The position numbers and the translations under genes were made by a program. A stretch of 64,000 bases of DNA from Octopus sinensis. Its lineage: Eukaryota. The stretch covers positions 45,880,001-45,944,000 of the forward strand of contig NC_043009.1 in NCBI RefSeq assembly GCF_006345805.1, in the 5' to 3' direction. The notes under the pieces are model-generated. The model ran no database searches, was not told where the DNA came from, and worked only from the letters and a program-made list of their open reading frames with translations. Below are positions 12,991 to 26,930 of the stretch, in pieces (position 1 is the stretch's first letter; each line of letters begins with the position of its first letter).

Positions 12991-13625
12991 AATGCTTACT
13001 ACTGCTGCTTCTGCCGTTGTTATTATTATCGTTGTTGTTCATAATGTTAAAAAAAATATATTACCATGATGATGAAGCGGGACATCAGAACGAGTAATTG
13101 TAAATTGCTATTAATAAGAGGTTTATAAAGGACAACAATATAATATTTTGCAGCTTTGAAAATGGCCGCTGGAAATTATTCTACTCTCATTACGAAGACA
13201 AGGAGATAATTTGATATGCAACTTGCAAAAACTAGATATTAAGAAGGGATAAAATATCAGGTTTAAAAATAGTTAATGGTGTATAAACGAAACTGAAATG
13301 TGTAACATATTTAATAGAATTAAGTATAATCGGCCTTCAGCTAAAAGTATTTGTTCCAGTAACAAAATCCTTTGAGATCCTGGGAGAAATAAAAGAATCG
13401 ATAGATGGAAGATAGCAGAATTTATTCAGTACAACTGAACGACCGAACATATACGAATTTCGTTGAAATTGTATTTGAACCAGTACTAGCTTGATGATGA
13501 TGATGATGATTATGATGTAACGACTGTGATGGTGGTGGGTACTTTCAGTAGTGCACTTTACATATACACATGCGCGCACACACACTGCATGAATGTTGGC
13601 TGTCTCTGTTTCCCTCTCTTTCTAA

Positions 13626-13663
<38 letters not shown>

Positions 13664-15339
13664 AATTATATATAAATATATTCATGTATGTCTCTATATA
13701 TATTTATTGTATAAATATGTGTGTGTGTGTATATATATACATATATATGTATGTATATATATATATATATGTGTGTGTTTATGTGTACACATGTATGCAT
13801 ATATATGTATATATATATATATATATACATGTATATATATATGTATATGTATATTTCTATGTATATATATGAATCTGTATATATATGTAAATGTATATCT
13901 CTATGTATATATATATATGAATATGCATATATTTATATATATGTATGTGTATATTTATATATATATATATGCTTGTATATATATATTTATTTATTCCTAG
14001 TTTTTATGCATGTCTGTAGATCTTTCCTCTAGGTTTTATTTGTAGCAGTGTTCTCTACGTTATTTGAAAGGTCACAAATGTCGGGTATGCGCACACCGTT
14101 TACGATCATTGATAAAGTAATTATCGTATATTCTTTATCAGAAGTAAACAGACTGAAGAGTTTCAGATTTTGAGAAATGCGCTTAATCAAGTTCAGTGTA
14201 TTTGAAACAATTAAATCAGAAAATCTGTGGGGATAAAATTTAAGAGTAAGGACACTTCAATGTCAACACGGTGTAAGTCTTTGTAAACCTGTCATATACA
14301 AGTTTACAAGACTTGTAAACCTGTTATATACTTTGTGGTATATTATGACTGCAGAACTAAATACTATGACGAAATCTATTAATAAGTACGTACCAGGAGC
14401 TATGAATGTATTTAATATGTGAATTGGCTTAACCAGTTGTGTTACACCGCTCAAACCTAGCGGGTATTTTAGCAACGTGTTCGTGGATAGTTGGTGGGTT
14501 CGATGTGGTGCTGACGAATGAGCAATAATTCTTAAAATATGCATATACATCAATTACGTATTTTTTCCCTGTTTGATCGCATTGTCTGTATAGAGATATT
14601 CGTTTGTGAAACGTCGTTACTAGCACTGATGGTTCTGAATTCTATTGAAAATCTATTGAGTGCTAAAACATTGAATATTTTTTGTGAATCAGTAATGTAA
14701 ATTGAATGACAACGAGAAACCATTGATTTAGTTTATTAAAAGGAAATTCTGTCACCCATTGATTTATATTATAAAAGATTTTTGTCAGTAGATAATATAC
14801 AGTCTCACATATGCAGCAATGATTTGTTCAACAAATATAGGATCTGTTTGATATAAACAAGAACGTTTAGCATTTCTGTTGGAGTATGTTGGTGCCGTCA
14901 TAGAATTTCTCTCAAGTCACATCATAATGCTGAACTGCTTGACTTATTCATGTACTCCTGCATAAAATTGACTGCGAACATAAACGATTTTAGCTGCACA
15001 AGTCGTAACGCTTACGTTTAACACACACACTGAGTTAGTGATTATTAATTCAATCACTCAGTAAATCAAGCAATATTTATCTGTATTTTTAGTCATTATT
15101 CATTTATTTGCGATTAATATTGTGTGAAGTTTGAGGGGAGCAGCATGAATCCGAGCAGCATGATAAAAATAATAATAATGATAATAATTTCGTTTATTTG
15201 CCACAAGGGCGGAGGATGAGGAGGATAATATACAAAGACAGACATAAAGTGTAGGGGTTTACATGTAATGAAATGATAAAAAAAATGAAAGAAATACAGA
15301 AAATATACACAGTAAACACTGAAAAAGAAGGGACATATG

Positions 15340-15340
15340 C

Positions 15341-15401
<61 letters not shown>

Positions 15402-15519
15402 TAATACTAAAAATAATAATGATGATGATGATAATAATAATAATAATGATGATGATGATGATGATAATGATGATGATGATGATGATAATAATAATAATAA
15501 TAATAATAATGATGATGAA

Positions 15520-15585
<66 letters not shown>

Positions 15586-15605
15586 AATAATAATAATAAT
15601 AATAA
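15340..15605. repeat. Compound (AAT)n/(GAT)n microsatellite
   Basis: Direct reading; source of the poly-N/D/I/M/H ORFs. Confidence 0.97.
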
Positions 15606-15812
15606 TCCATAAGCACAAGACCTAAAATTTGGGGAAAGGGACGAGTCAATTACATGGATTCCAGTATTTCACTGGTATTTAAATTTATCGACCCCGAAGG
15701 GATGAAAGGCAAAGTTGACCTCGGCGGGACTTGAACTGAGAACATGAAGACAGACGAAATACCGCTAAATATTTTTCCCTGCGTGATGATGATTCTACCA
15801 GCTCACCGCCTT
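15606..15812 (-). mobile_element. SINE family A
   Basis: Reverse complement of the family A body (tttatcgaccccgaagggatgaaaggcaaagttgacctcggcgg). Confidence 0.85.
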
Positions 15813-15847
15813 AAAATAATAATGATGATGATGATGATGATGATAAT

Positions 15848-16200
15848 AAATGCCCTGATGCACTGATAGGCAGTGGTTCTCATGGCTTCTGATCTTAACT
15901 GATTGGAAGTGTTATCATGTACATGTTTTACTTGGTATAAAAGATGGGCTACAGCAAATATTCTGCTCAATACCACAGATTTGCTTGTCAGTTGGTTGAC
16001 CATAACCAGTTGAGCATGTCACTTAGTGGCTGATGATATGTGCATCTCTGATCATGAGCAGAAATAATGGGGGGAGCATCATAGTCATGTGTTGAAAGGA
16101 ATTATTTCGAGGTTTGAATAATTTACCTCCGGAAACATGGGTATTCCGTTTGTCATCCTTAAACAGAAATAATTCAGGGACCTTTTGAGTGGTATGGCCA
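15848..16200. repeat. Probable interspersed repeat, unclassified
   Basis: Starts at a (GAT)n tract; recalled as a common octopus repeat; single copy in this window, so not verifiable here. Confidence 0.35.
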
Positions 16201-17553
16201 AACTAAATCGAATAGGCCTTGGGTAGTCAGGACAACATTATCAAATATAGCTTTCTATCCGATATCATTATGACGGTGACTCAACTGGTGTATAAAATAT
16301 AAATGAAGGTCTAAATGTTTTTAATGTAAATTATATCATTGATTCCATATATATTTTGAAAATATGATTTAAAATATTTAATATAATTTAATATAATTTA
16401 AAATATTTAAAATAGTTTAAAATATAATTTAAATGAAATTTTTAAATATTGAAAAATGTAATATAAAATTCAAAAGAACGGTTTCCCATCATGGCTACAG
16501 TCCAATGACTAAAACAAGAAAAACATAAATTCTTGCTAAAGCTTGTGTTTGTATAAAATATCTTTTCATAATTTTATTATTCACAAGGTTAAGAAATAAA
16601 ACAAGGGAGGCAACAGTTATAATTTTTCCCTTTCAATTTTAAATATTTTGTGTAGCATCAGCGTTTTATTTGTGTGCCAATTCACCGCTAAGAAATTCTA
16701 AACCACTTTATTAAAGTGTGCTTTAAAGTAGATCTATGTATTGTCGCTAGCAGAGAGTACTACATAGATGTTTCTACACTGATTCAACTAGAAAATGAGT
16801 ATCACCTGGAGATCTTTTGCCAATGGACACAGTATCCGTAGGTCAAAAGTTTAAGGACTTACTCAGATACTAAAATATGACGTAATATAATGTAAGAAAA
16901 CTTATCGATCTTTAAGCTATTGGATATAAGGAATTATGCATGTCTACTTTTGCAATTTCGAGATCATTGACGCAATCAACCAGACTGATTGATGCTTTAG
17001 AAATTTTCACACCTAAGAGACATGGAATTTCAAATCATTTGACACACCACTAGTCAGAAAGAGAACATGACAACTCTGGTCGTTTGCAAATATCCTCCAA
17101 TGTTTTAAGATTATACGCCAGTATATTTTTCTAAGGTACTGATGCATGTAAGATAAGTGTTAATTGAATATTCAAATCAACCGAAGTAATAATTTCTTCG
17201 TTTATTTGTGATTGTTTAACGCAAAAAATTCCCACGCTTCAGCACATTTTCACGATAATTATTTCTCTCTTGACATGACATAAAAATAGTATATGTGTGT
17301 ATATATGTGTCTGTGTGTAGAAAACTGTGTGCATTAAACAAGTTAGAAAGCGTTCAAGCAATAATAAAAGGAAAGGAATCAGTAAATTAAATGACGTATT
17401 CAACAAGTGAATTGAATTTAACGTAAGACCTCATATTATCTGAATACTTGCTTATTCGCACTACGTGCACGCCCATAAGTTATACATATCTATGTGCGTA
17501 CGAATATGTATCCGTGTTTGTATATGTGTGTGTGCCACTGTGTAGATGTGTGC

Positions 17554-17635
<82 letters not shown>

Positions 17636-17694
17636 TGTGTACATATATATGCATGTATGGATATATATGTCTAGGTATATATATAATATATATA

Positions 17695-17748
<54 letters not shown>

Positions 17749-17870
17749 TCAGGGTGAATACTTGATAAATGTAAGCACCTGTATATGCCAGCTAGTAGTA
17801 GAGGTGAGAGGATATATGTAGCAAATGAAATAAAATGAAAAACAGGACACAAAAGGATGTCGCGGTACAC

Positions 17871-18009
17871 ATGTTTCGAGCTTTATAAAACAACTTATTC
17901 TTACATCAATTTATAATCGACATAACAGATAGTTTAGGGCTTTTAAACTATCTGTTATGTCGATTATACATTGATTTAAGAATAAGTTGTTTTATAAAGC
18001 TCGAAACAT
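17871..18009. repeat. Fold-back inverted repeat: 66-bp arms, 7-nt loop, 2 mismatches
   Basis: atgtttcgagctttataaaac...gatagttta GGGCTTT taaactatc...ttttataaagctcgaaacat. Confidence 0.95.
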
Positions 18010-18044
18010 ATACTAGCTTAAAAGGGGTGGAGGAAAAAGTATCT

Positions 18045-20700
18045 TACAATGGCACCTGTAACAAAAGACGTGTCACTAAAGAATATTACTGTCGAATAAA
18101 GAAAATTTGGACCTTAGAACTCCTAGCATTCAATAAAACTGATTCACAATGCGCTTGCAGTGCCAGTACTCATACCAACGTTTGGGCTGCTTAGTTGGCG
18201 GCTTGATGAAATCTAAGCCATTGATGTAAAAACCTGAAAAATACCAACAAGCACACATAATTTCCACATAAACAGTGACGTAGATCTAAAACGAAAACAA
18301 GGCGACAGAGGCTTAACATCGATCCAAAACGCCTTTGAATGTCGCACCATATACCTTCGGCAACTTCTCTTAACCACCAAGTGTCGAAGTGCATTCCTTG
18401 ACCAAGTTTTCATACATGAGGCTGATAATATCATAAGACTTGGAAGGCGACTCCTTGAGCAACATTCCGTGTCTGATAACCTAGAATACATGCACAAAGA
18501 AGTCTCACGACTCTATTGCAACGTATCGTCAGATGAAAGGATGAGCAGAAAACTATGCATGGATGTGTAGTAGAAAGAACCGAGATGATAGTAACATTGT
18601 TCATCAAAGCAGTCTACCATAGCCCAATAGCCGGATTATTACCTCTCACTTTGAAAGGTATGCGTTTGCAATCCGGGAACAGAAAAGAAATCAACCACGT
18701 ACCTGATGCACAAAAGGGATAGAAATGCAGGAAAGGCAGTAACGGCACCTCATAAGTAATTGTCCGAAAATGTCATCACGGCATTATCTTCCGATGAGAC
18801 ATGGTGTTGTAGCTAGGGCACTCTACACTGAACCGCAAAAGAAACGCGAGACGTGTGTTACTGTGAAATATGTTTTAATTTCATTATATCAGAGATAAAT
18901 TTTGATAAATCTGATAAAGTCAATTTCTTGGATATTCTTTGGCCACAGTCTGTGCCGTTGTTATGTCTTCTGGTAGTGGGCGGATCCAGCACATCGAAAT
19001 TGTAGAGCATGACATGTTCAGCACCGTGTATGCACCCCCCCCCCCGCCAGGTTGTTCAGAACAGCCATACACCGTCGGTACAGGTAGTGCATGAGACATT
19101 TTACAAAAGCCATTGGCATCTGTACCCACACCCTGAGGAAAGCTGGTTTCAGTTCCACACGAGTTGTCGACCTTGGGACCAACTGCTTCAATTGGGTTGA
19201 AATCCGATTGAGAGCCGACCATAGTTCTGATGTTGTGCTGACGCAGGACGACTACGGTGCGCCTGGCCGTGTGGGAGGGAGCATTGTCCTGATGGAATGC
19301 CTGAATATGGTGACGCACGAAGAAGGGTACGATGTGAGATCTTAGGATCTGGTCAACAGTAAAGCTGGGCTGTGATGCCATTCTCTCTGCCTGCATCAAC
19401 GTTTTTGCAACACATAGGATCCAGTTCTCTGATTCAGGCCTATAGTACCCCAAACCATGATGCTTTGGCCACACCACGTGTCTCTTCCCAAGACACATGC
19501 GTCTCTGTAGCGTTCATCCTTCCCACGTCACACCGTCATTCTGCCAGTCCGGCTCTCATCAAAGAAGTCTATCGACCTCCATTGTTGATGTCGCCAATGT
19601 CGGTGCAATGCCGTACTGCCTTCGATATTGTTAATTCGAGCCGGTTCATGCACTTGTTCCACGACATGGTCCTCCGATTCGCTTAGGAAGCTATCAACCT
19701 CCATGCTGCACTGCTTTTACATAGAGAAAAAAATCATTCGCCTCTAAACGGGGAAAACGGGAAGGGAATACAAACCTGCCACCGCAGGCAGCGCGTCAAA
19801 GGACGCAGAAACAAATTGATAACAACAAGTAATCCCAAAAGGGAAAACCCACAAAACGCAATACAAAACAGGTACTTAACTTAATAGTAGGAATAACACC
19901 AAACCCAACACAAAAAAGGACAAATTTCGAATACTAGGAACGCGGGTCAAGTTGATTTTTATACCCATAACCTCCTCGAGATGTACGTGCATTTCGCTTT
20001 TCGTGACAATTGTTTGCGACTGATACCCACGGCATTCAACGCAGCTGCATTTCGGCGACTCGTTTCAGGAAAAGTTGAAAAGTTTCCTGCTATTTGGGTC
20101 CCAGCTATAAACCAGCATGTCTTGGAGTATTTACGCTTACAACCCCGGAATAAATTTTCAGAATTTATCACATAAAAATGACATTTGAAAATATCGCATT
20201 TCTTTTTCGGCGATTCAATGTATAATGAAATCCGTCGGAAGGATAAACCTGAAGACAAAAACATAAGAATCCACAGTACAGTAGAAGCCATAGCCGCTTT
20301 TAATAAAAAAAGGAGTACTGGTTGAATGTCCCAGTGAAAACCTCAACAAAATGTAAGGACAACAGACCTGATATAATGATTTGAGGTAGAGAAGAGAAAC
20401 TATGTACAGTTGCGGAAATTAGCTGCCCAGCGGTTAACATAAAGCTGAATATCAGTGAAAAGAGGAATACCTACTCTGAACTACTGATAAATCTGCAGCT
20501 ATTCTCTCCTGATTACAACTTCATGCTTACAAGTGTAATTATTGGGGCCCTGGGATATGTAACACACTGCCTAAATACCAATCTTGAGAATTAGGCTTCT
20601 CAAAACCAGAAAAGAGAAAGCTAATTCGAAGACTGCAGATCCAATCCATCACTGGAACTATAAAAATCTGTAAAACTTTCCAGAAGTTTATCATTTAAAT
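18045..20700 (+). mobile_element. R4/Dong-type LINE, 3' half, interrupted by a Tc1 element at 18826-20220
   Basis: KRRVTKEYYCRIKKIWTLEL, AVPVLIPTFGLL, RKQGDRGL, HLISNCPKMSSRHYLPMRHGVVARAL|YNEIRRKD, NRPDIMI, EISCPA, VIIGALGYV, LQIQSITGTIKICKTFQKFII*. Confidence 0.9.
18826..20220 (-). mobile_element. Tc1-family DNA transposon with TIRs and TA target duplication; transposase pseudogenised
   Basis: TIRs cactgaaccgcaaaagaaacgcga and tcgcatttctttttcggcgattcaatg; TA at 18824-18825 and 20221-20222; HTH-like ALNAVGISRKQLSRK, FFDESR, SIMVWGTIG, FHQDNAPSHTAR, DFNPIE. Confidence 0.92.
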
Positions 20701-20775
20701 ATATATGAACATGTCTAGATATGCAACTATATGCATTAGAATGCATACATAAAGCAATACATACAAATCTGCACA

Positions 20776-20847
20776 TATACATACATACATACATACATAC
20801 ATACATACATACATACATACATACATACATACATACATACATACATA
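20776..20847. repeat. (CATA)n tract at the 3' end of the Dong-type LINE
   Basis: Direct reading; follows a short 3' UTR. Confidence 0.9.
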
Positions 20848-20953
20848 CCCTATTGTTGATATTGAAAGAAGGAGCCTTGGATCTAGTTTAGAAACCGGCT
20901 CTTTCTCTGTTGGCAAGAAATCTTGAAATAAAACTGAACAATGACATTCTTAC

Positions 20954-21003
<50 letters not shown>

Positions 21004-21159
21004 CCAATTAATTATAACAATAATAAAGGGTAAAGTTATAAATGAGGTTTACCAAGTGGTCAGCGCGAAAATAAAACCTTATAGGTATAGTGTCTGCTGA
21101 CGTCTATTTTCAGTGCGTGGTGAGGCGCAAGCCAAGCCCTTATTTTAATTATGTATATA

Positions 21160-21206
<47 letters not shown>

Positions 21207-21499
21207 TATATTTTATACATATATTTTTATAATTGTGGGTGTGTGGGTGTGTTTGCGTGTTTGTGTGCGAGTGTGCTTATGTTTTTGTGCATGTATTTCA
21301 TTTATGTGAAACGAATATTTTTGTAGTTATTTTTTTCAAAGAAAAAGCAAACTCTCATTAGTAATCATGGAAATAAAATTACATTATGACATGAATTTTA
21401 GGAACACAACCAAGAATTGTTCGGAATGGAATCACTTGAATAACTCATTGAATTTTATACAATTATACTTAGGAGTTCTTATCATTTGAGGTACGTAAT

Positions 21500-22300
21500 A
21501 ATAAAAATTCAATTCAATGTAATTCTTGGATTTGTTGTTGAATACACTCGACGCATTCCCACGAGTGTTGCTTTGGATTTAAATCCAATAGCCACAGCAT
21601 CATCCTGATTATCTTGCTTTTAATAATTCTTTCATTATTCTGATGACATGTTTCTGTCGTAATGCAGGGAAATCCAAGATAATCCATGATTCTTGGCATA
21701 TGGAATCAGAGACGTGTTCTACATCTACTGAAACCCTATACAGTTCATGATTCCTTTGATATAATAAAAGGACTACCAACTTTTCCGAACATACAGCTCT
21801 AACCAATGACATTTCCTGGCTACATTTAATTCTCAGATGTATTCCAACTGAAATCCTTTTTCTTGTACATAGAAGTATGCTTTGTCGTTAAAGCCAATCA
21901 AATTTCAGCTTATTCAACCACAAGATTTTCGACCATTCTGACGACGTTCGAAGACCATCATGTCTGTCGGTGTTTTTAAGAGACATGCGATTTTTCTCTC
22001 TTATATTTCGTTTACGCGCATGACGTCACACAAGCTCAAATTACTTTATCGATGCTTGATCTCCATCGTTTAAAATATCATCAACTATCATTTTCCGAGA
22101 TTTCATTGACAAACTCTGTATATAAGTCAGTCCATACTATCTGTAGATTTCACGACATCCTTGACCAAAGCAGAACGAAAGATTCACAAAGTTCATTAAA
22201 CGTCTCTCCAGCAAATGACCAGGGATTATGCAGTATCCAAATATAGGCCCCAAAACTTCATATGCATTTATAAAATCCATAATGGCGCCTGTGACAATAA
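21500..22300 (-). mobile_element. Highly decayed PLE-like reverse transcriptase remnant
   Basis: Frameshifted motifs GFNDKAYFYVQEKGFQL (similar to FNxxYYxQxxG), YRVSVDV (similar to YRYVDD) and MDYLG. Confidence 0.4.
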
Positions 22301-22448
22301 GCATTTTCCGATACCTATCACAACAGTTCTCAGAAAGTTATGATCAAATAATTAGGAAAAGGAACTTTTACATCTATAGATTATATAAACAGTTGTCAAA
22401 TGTATTTATATCTTAAAATTCATTTCTATCCTGATACACAGTGTGTTA

Positions 22449-22489
<41 letters not shown>

Positions 22490-22491
<2 letters not shown>

Positions 22492-22651
22492 GACAGGCTT
22501 CTTTCAGTTTCCGTCTACCAAATCCACTCACAAGGCATTGGTCGGCCCGGGGCTATAGCAGAAGACACTTGCCCAAGATGCCACACAGTGGGACTGAACC
22601 CGGAACCATGAGGTTGGTTAGCAAGCTACTTACCACACAGCCGCTCCTGCG

Positions 22652-22655
<4 letters not shown>
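22490..22655 (-). mobile_element. SINE family B (tRNA-like head plus CORE-like ttgggcaagtgtctt), 5' part
   Basis: Reverse complement of the head seen at 49372. Confidence 0.9.
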
Positions 22656-22690
<35 letters not shown>

Positions 22691-23089
22691 CAATTTAAAA
22701 TACATTTATCTAAACTGTTCCTAAGTTAGGTTTCGTATATTTTTTAACCTTACTAATGTTGTCACCAATTGTATTAAGCTAATTTAAATGGGTGAATAAT
22801 TCATTTTTTAATAGTATAGATTTTGAATTGTAAATGGTTAATTAATCGGAAATTACATTTTATCACCAGGAAAGTCTTGTAAAAACTAAGTGACGAATAT
22901 ATAGATATGTATATGTATGTGTGCGTTTGTGTGTATCTATAAATGTATGTAGGTATACGTGTGTGTATGTTTGTATGTATATTTCTACCTACTTATATAC
23001 TATATGTACTTACTTATATCTGCATGCATATATATGTATGCACAATAATATATATATATATATATATATACATACATACATATATATAG

Positions 23090-23225
23090 GAGGGTTCACG
23101 AAAAAAAAAAACAAAAGACGAAGACACGTGGTATAGGAAACAAACAGATGTATTAGTATAGCGCTCAGGAATAGAAAAAGTCTTTTACGTTTCGAGCCTA
23201 CGCACTTCTACAGAAAGAGACACAG
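23090..23225 (-). mobile_element. Short repeat with a hammerhead-like motif (PLE terminal-repeat type), copy 1
   Basis: Minus strand ctttCTGTAGA-A-GTGC-GTAG-GCTC-GAAA-CGTA-aaag; second copy at 60640. Confidence 0.55.
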
Positions 23226-23886
23226 AAAGACACACACACACACACATCACACATACACACACATACACACACACCCACACACATATATATATAGAGTCAC
23301 ATATGCACATATGCATGTTTGTGACTGTGTATTTACAGAGGCATACATATATGTGTGTGTGTATGTCAGTGTGTGTATATAAAGAAATAGATAGACAGAC
23401 AGGTAGATAGATAGATAGACAGAGAGCAAAGACAGAAAGAGAAAGACACTCATACATATGTGTACGTAAAGACACGCATATTTATTTTCTTCTACTTATG
23501 CGCACATGCAAACTATATTTTGGATGTTCAAGTTCATTCACATACATACTCACATATTTATAGGGGAATGTCTGTGTATTGCATATTTCTTTTCCTCTTT
23601 TACAATTTGTTGGATAAACACAATGAATGTTCGACATGAGCATATCACAGAATATTTAATACCCAAATAAATCAAGATTGATTCGATCTGCTCGAAATAC
23701 TCGCCTAAGCATTATTTCAATATATTCATTTCTCATTTTCGTTATCCATTTTGTGCACATTTGATAGTTTATTGCTATTTCATTTTAGTTCAATTCTTAC
23801 TTTACTCTTTTCACTTCCCAACATACGAATAATGGATATCCTATCTATTGTTACACACAGCCTTACACAAACACACATGTTTATGC

Positions 23887-24032
<146 letters not shown>

Positions 24033-24337
24033 GTATGTATGTATGTATGTATGTATATGCACACAGATACATGTATATAGCTGCATATGCAATGATATAT
24101 GGGCAATTATTTCAACTTAAGTATATACATGTGTATGGATATGTGTTATCAAGGAGAAAATGCATAAAGGTATACACGGGGATATCTAACTAGCTTATAT
24201 ATCATACATACAATATATAGCATGTATCTTAAGACATGCACACTCCTACTTTTGGTATCTTCATTGTATTGCAGTCTGTGTATCACTCTTTGATTTTTTA
24301 TTCACGTATCTGATAAGCAATTACTTCGTTCTACCTA

Positions 24338-24360
24338 CCTATCTATCTATCTATCTATCC

Positions 24361-24448
<88 letters not shown>

Positions 24449-24508
24449 GTCTATCTATCCACCTATCTATCTATCCAGTCAGTCACCCACCCATTCATCC
24501 ATCCTATG

Positions 24509-24595
<87 letters not shown>

Positions 24596-24870
24596 TGTCA
24601 TGTATGTAGATGCATATATGCATGTACGTGAGTGTGTGTTTATAAAGGTTTGTATATACCAATAAATATTATATTAATCTATATCTGCATATGTATTCAT
24701 AATATATAAGCAAGCATACACACATTAATCTGCCAATCCGTCCGTCTGTCAGTCTCTGTATATGTATGTATGTTTGTATGTATGTATGTATGTATGTATG
24801 TATGTATGTATGTATGTATGTATGTATGTATGTATGTACGCACGTACGTACGTACGTATGTATGTATGTA
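24338..24870. repeat. (TCTA)n arrays (24338-24595) and a (TATG)n array (about 24760-24870)
   Basis: Direct reading. Confidence 0.95.
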
Positions 24871-25007
24871 TATATGTGGTTACATATATAGTATTATACG
24901 AAATATTTTAATATTTAATTATATGTGCGTGTGAATGTAAATATGTATGTTTGTATATACGCTTATAGATTTTATATACCTATAAATATTATGTTTATGT
25001 ATAAATA

Positions 25008-25047
<40 letters not shown>

Positions 25048-25145
25048 ATACACAAGCATAAGCACATTAATCTACCTGTCTGTCTGCCTGTGTTTTTCTC
25101 TATTAATCTGTCTCTCTCTCTTTATATATATACATACATACATAA

Positions 25146-25213
<68 letters not shown>

Positions 25214-25574
25214 CATATATATATATATATGTATGTATGTATATATATACATACATATTTCATGTATATGATATAATCTGACATAATATAGAGATTATAT
25301 TATGTAATCAAATAAATTTATATGTGGATGGCTGAAATGCGCATTCCTACAAATGTACGCGTATCTAAATATAAGAACATTCAAAATGAGAGTAATTGAT
25401 TTAACAAAAGAAAACAGAGTATGGTAAGTGAATAACCCGAAGTAGATTCGGTCGAAAAAATAGAGTGCTCAATATTCACATGAACAAACAAGTGAAAACA
25501 GCATGTTTAGGAAAGGAAAGTGCACTTAAGAGTACGTACACACACAGAGACACACACACACACCTATCTATCTG

Positions 25575-25667
<93 letters not shown>

Positions 25668-25705
25668 AGTAAAAGTGACAGAGTGTGAGAGAGGGAGAGG
25701 GGGAC

Positions 25706-25748
<43 letters not shown>

Positions 25749-25861
25749 AAAAGACCAGTTGATAGCCAGATAGATAGCTAAATGTAGGAAAGACATAATT
25801 TCGCCATACATTTTCCATTCGATGAAATTCTTGAAAAACTATTCTTATTCATAAATTTATA

Positions 25862-25933
<72 letters not shown>

Positions 25934-26467
25934 GTCTGTCTATCCGCCTGTCTATCTATCTTTACGTATGTGTGTATGTATATATGTATCTCTCAGTATA
26001 TATGTAATACAGACGTGGCCCTGTGATAAGAAATCCGTTCCGCACCGCATGGTCCCGCGATCGGGCTCTCTGCTCTTAACTTCGGTAAGTGTCTCCTCGT
26101 GCCCATCAAGGTATTGTGAATGGATTTTGTACTCGGAAACTGAAAGCAATCTATCTCTCTCTTTCTCTCTCTCTCCTTCTCTTTCTCTCTCTTCTTTTCT
26201 TTCTTTCTTTCTCTCTCTCTATCGCACATACATACTCACTCACATACACTCACACACACACACACACACACACACACGTATGAATTTGTATGTCTCTCTC
26301 TCTGTTTATCTCTCACTTGTGCTTGACAACTTGAGATGGTCTGCTTACGCCTCTGTAGATTAGCGGTTTAGCAAGATACACAAATTGAATAAGTGCTAGG
26401 CGAAAAGTAATCTAAGAATTTGAGTCGATACTACCTGTCCCTGAGGCATGATGTAATTTCATAGACT

Positions 26468-26930
26468 ATTTACAATGCACTTTGCAGGAAAGACTGCTCT
26501 ACCGTATACATCAAAGGCATGTCAGAACCAGCAGGTATTCACACCTTTAAAAACAATGAATACTAGTGGACAACCCTAATAAAAGAATCAATTAGGTGCA
26601 AACGTAACACAGTTCATGTTGTTCTGTGGAACAGAGACTGTTATAGAGGTCAGCTGTTCAGCGGATGTAAATATACAATCAAAGTCAGGAAAAAAGGAGA
26701 ATAATTTATGGCGAAATAATGCGGAACTTATTGTTCTTGAAGCCTGACCATGTGGTCCCATTTGTACTATCATAGGTGCATTAGGTTATGTACCCACAAA
26801 TTTTCACAAAAACCTAGAAATATTCGGTTTCACGGAGAATGAGCAAAAGAAACTGATCCAAATCTAATCTATTAATGGCTCAGTGAAGATTTGTAAGACA
26901 TTCCCAAAATTTCTGAGATTCTTATGTGCA
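26468..26930 (+). mobile_element. R4/Dong-type LINE endonuclease fragment, related to 20221-20700
   Basis: YNALCRKD, VIEVSCSADVNI, TIIGALGYVPTNFHKNLEIFGFTENEQKKLIQ, SINGSVKICKTF. Confidence 0.8.

Noticed and set aside
13154-13215. Acceptor followed by FENGRW or MAAGNYS, S1-like words
   Set aside because: Both frames hit stop codons before any donor.
16830-16860. cagtatccgtaggtcaaaagtttaagg, resembling a Tc1 terminal repeat
   Set aside because: No matching opposite end or transposase sequence was found in the window.
25394-25422. Possible first coding exon MRVIDLTKENRV with a gtaagt donor (ATG about 25385)
   Set aside because: It is too short to distinguish from chance, and there is no promoter or homology support.
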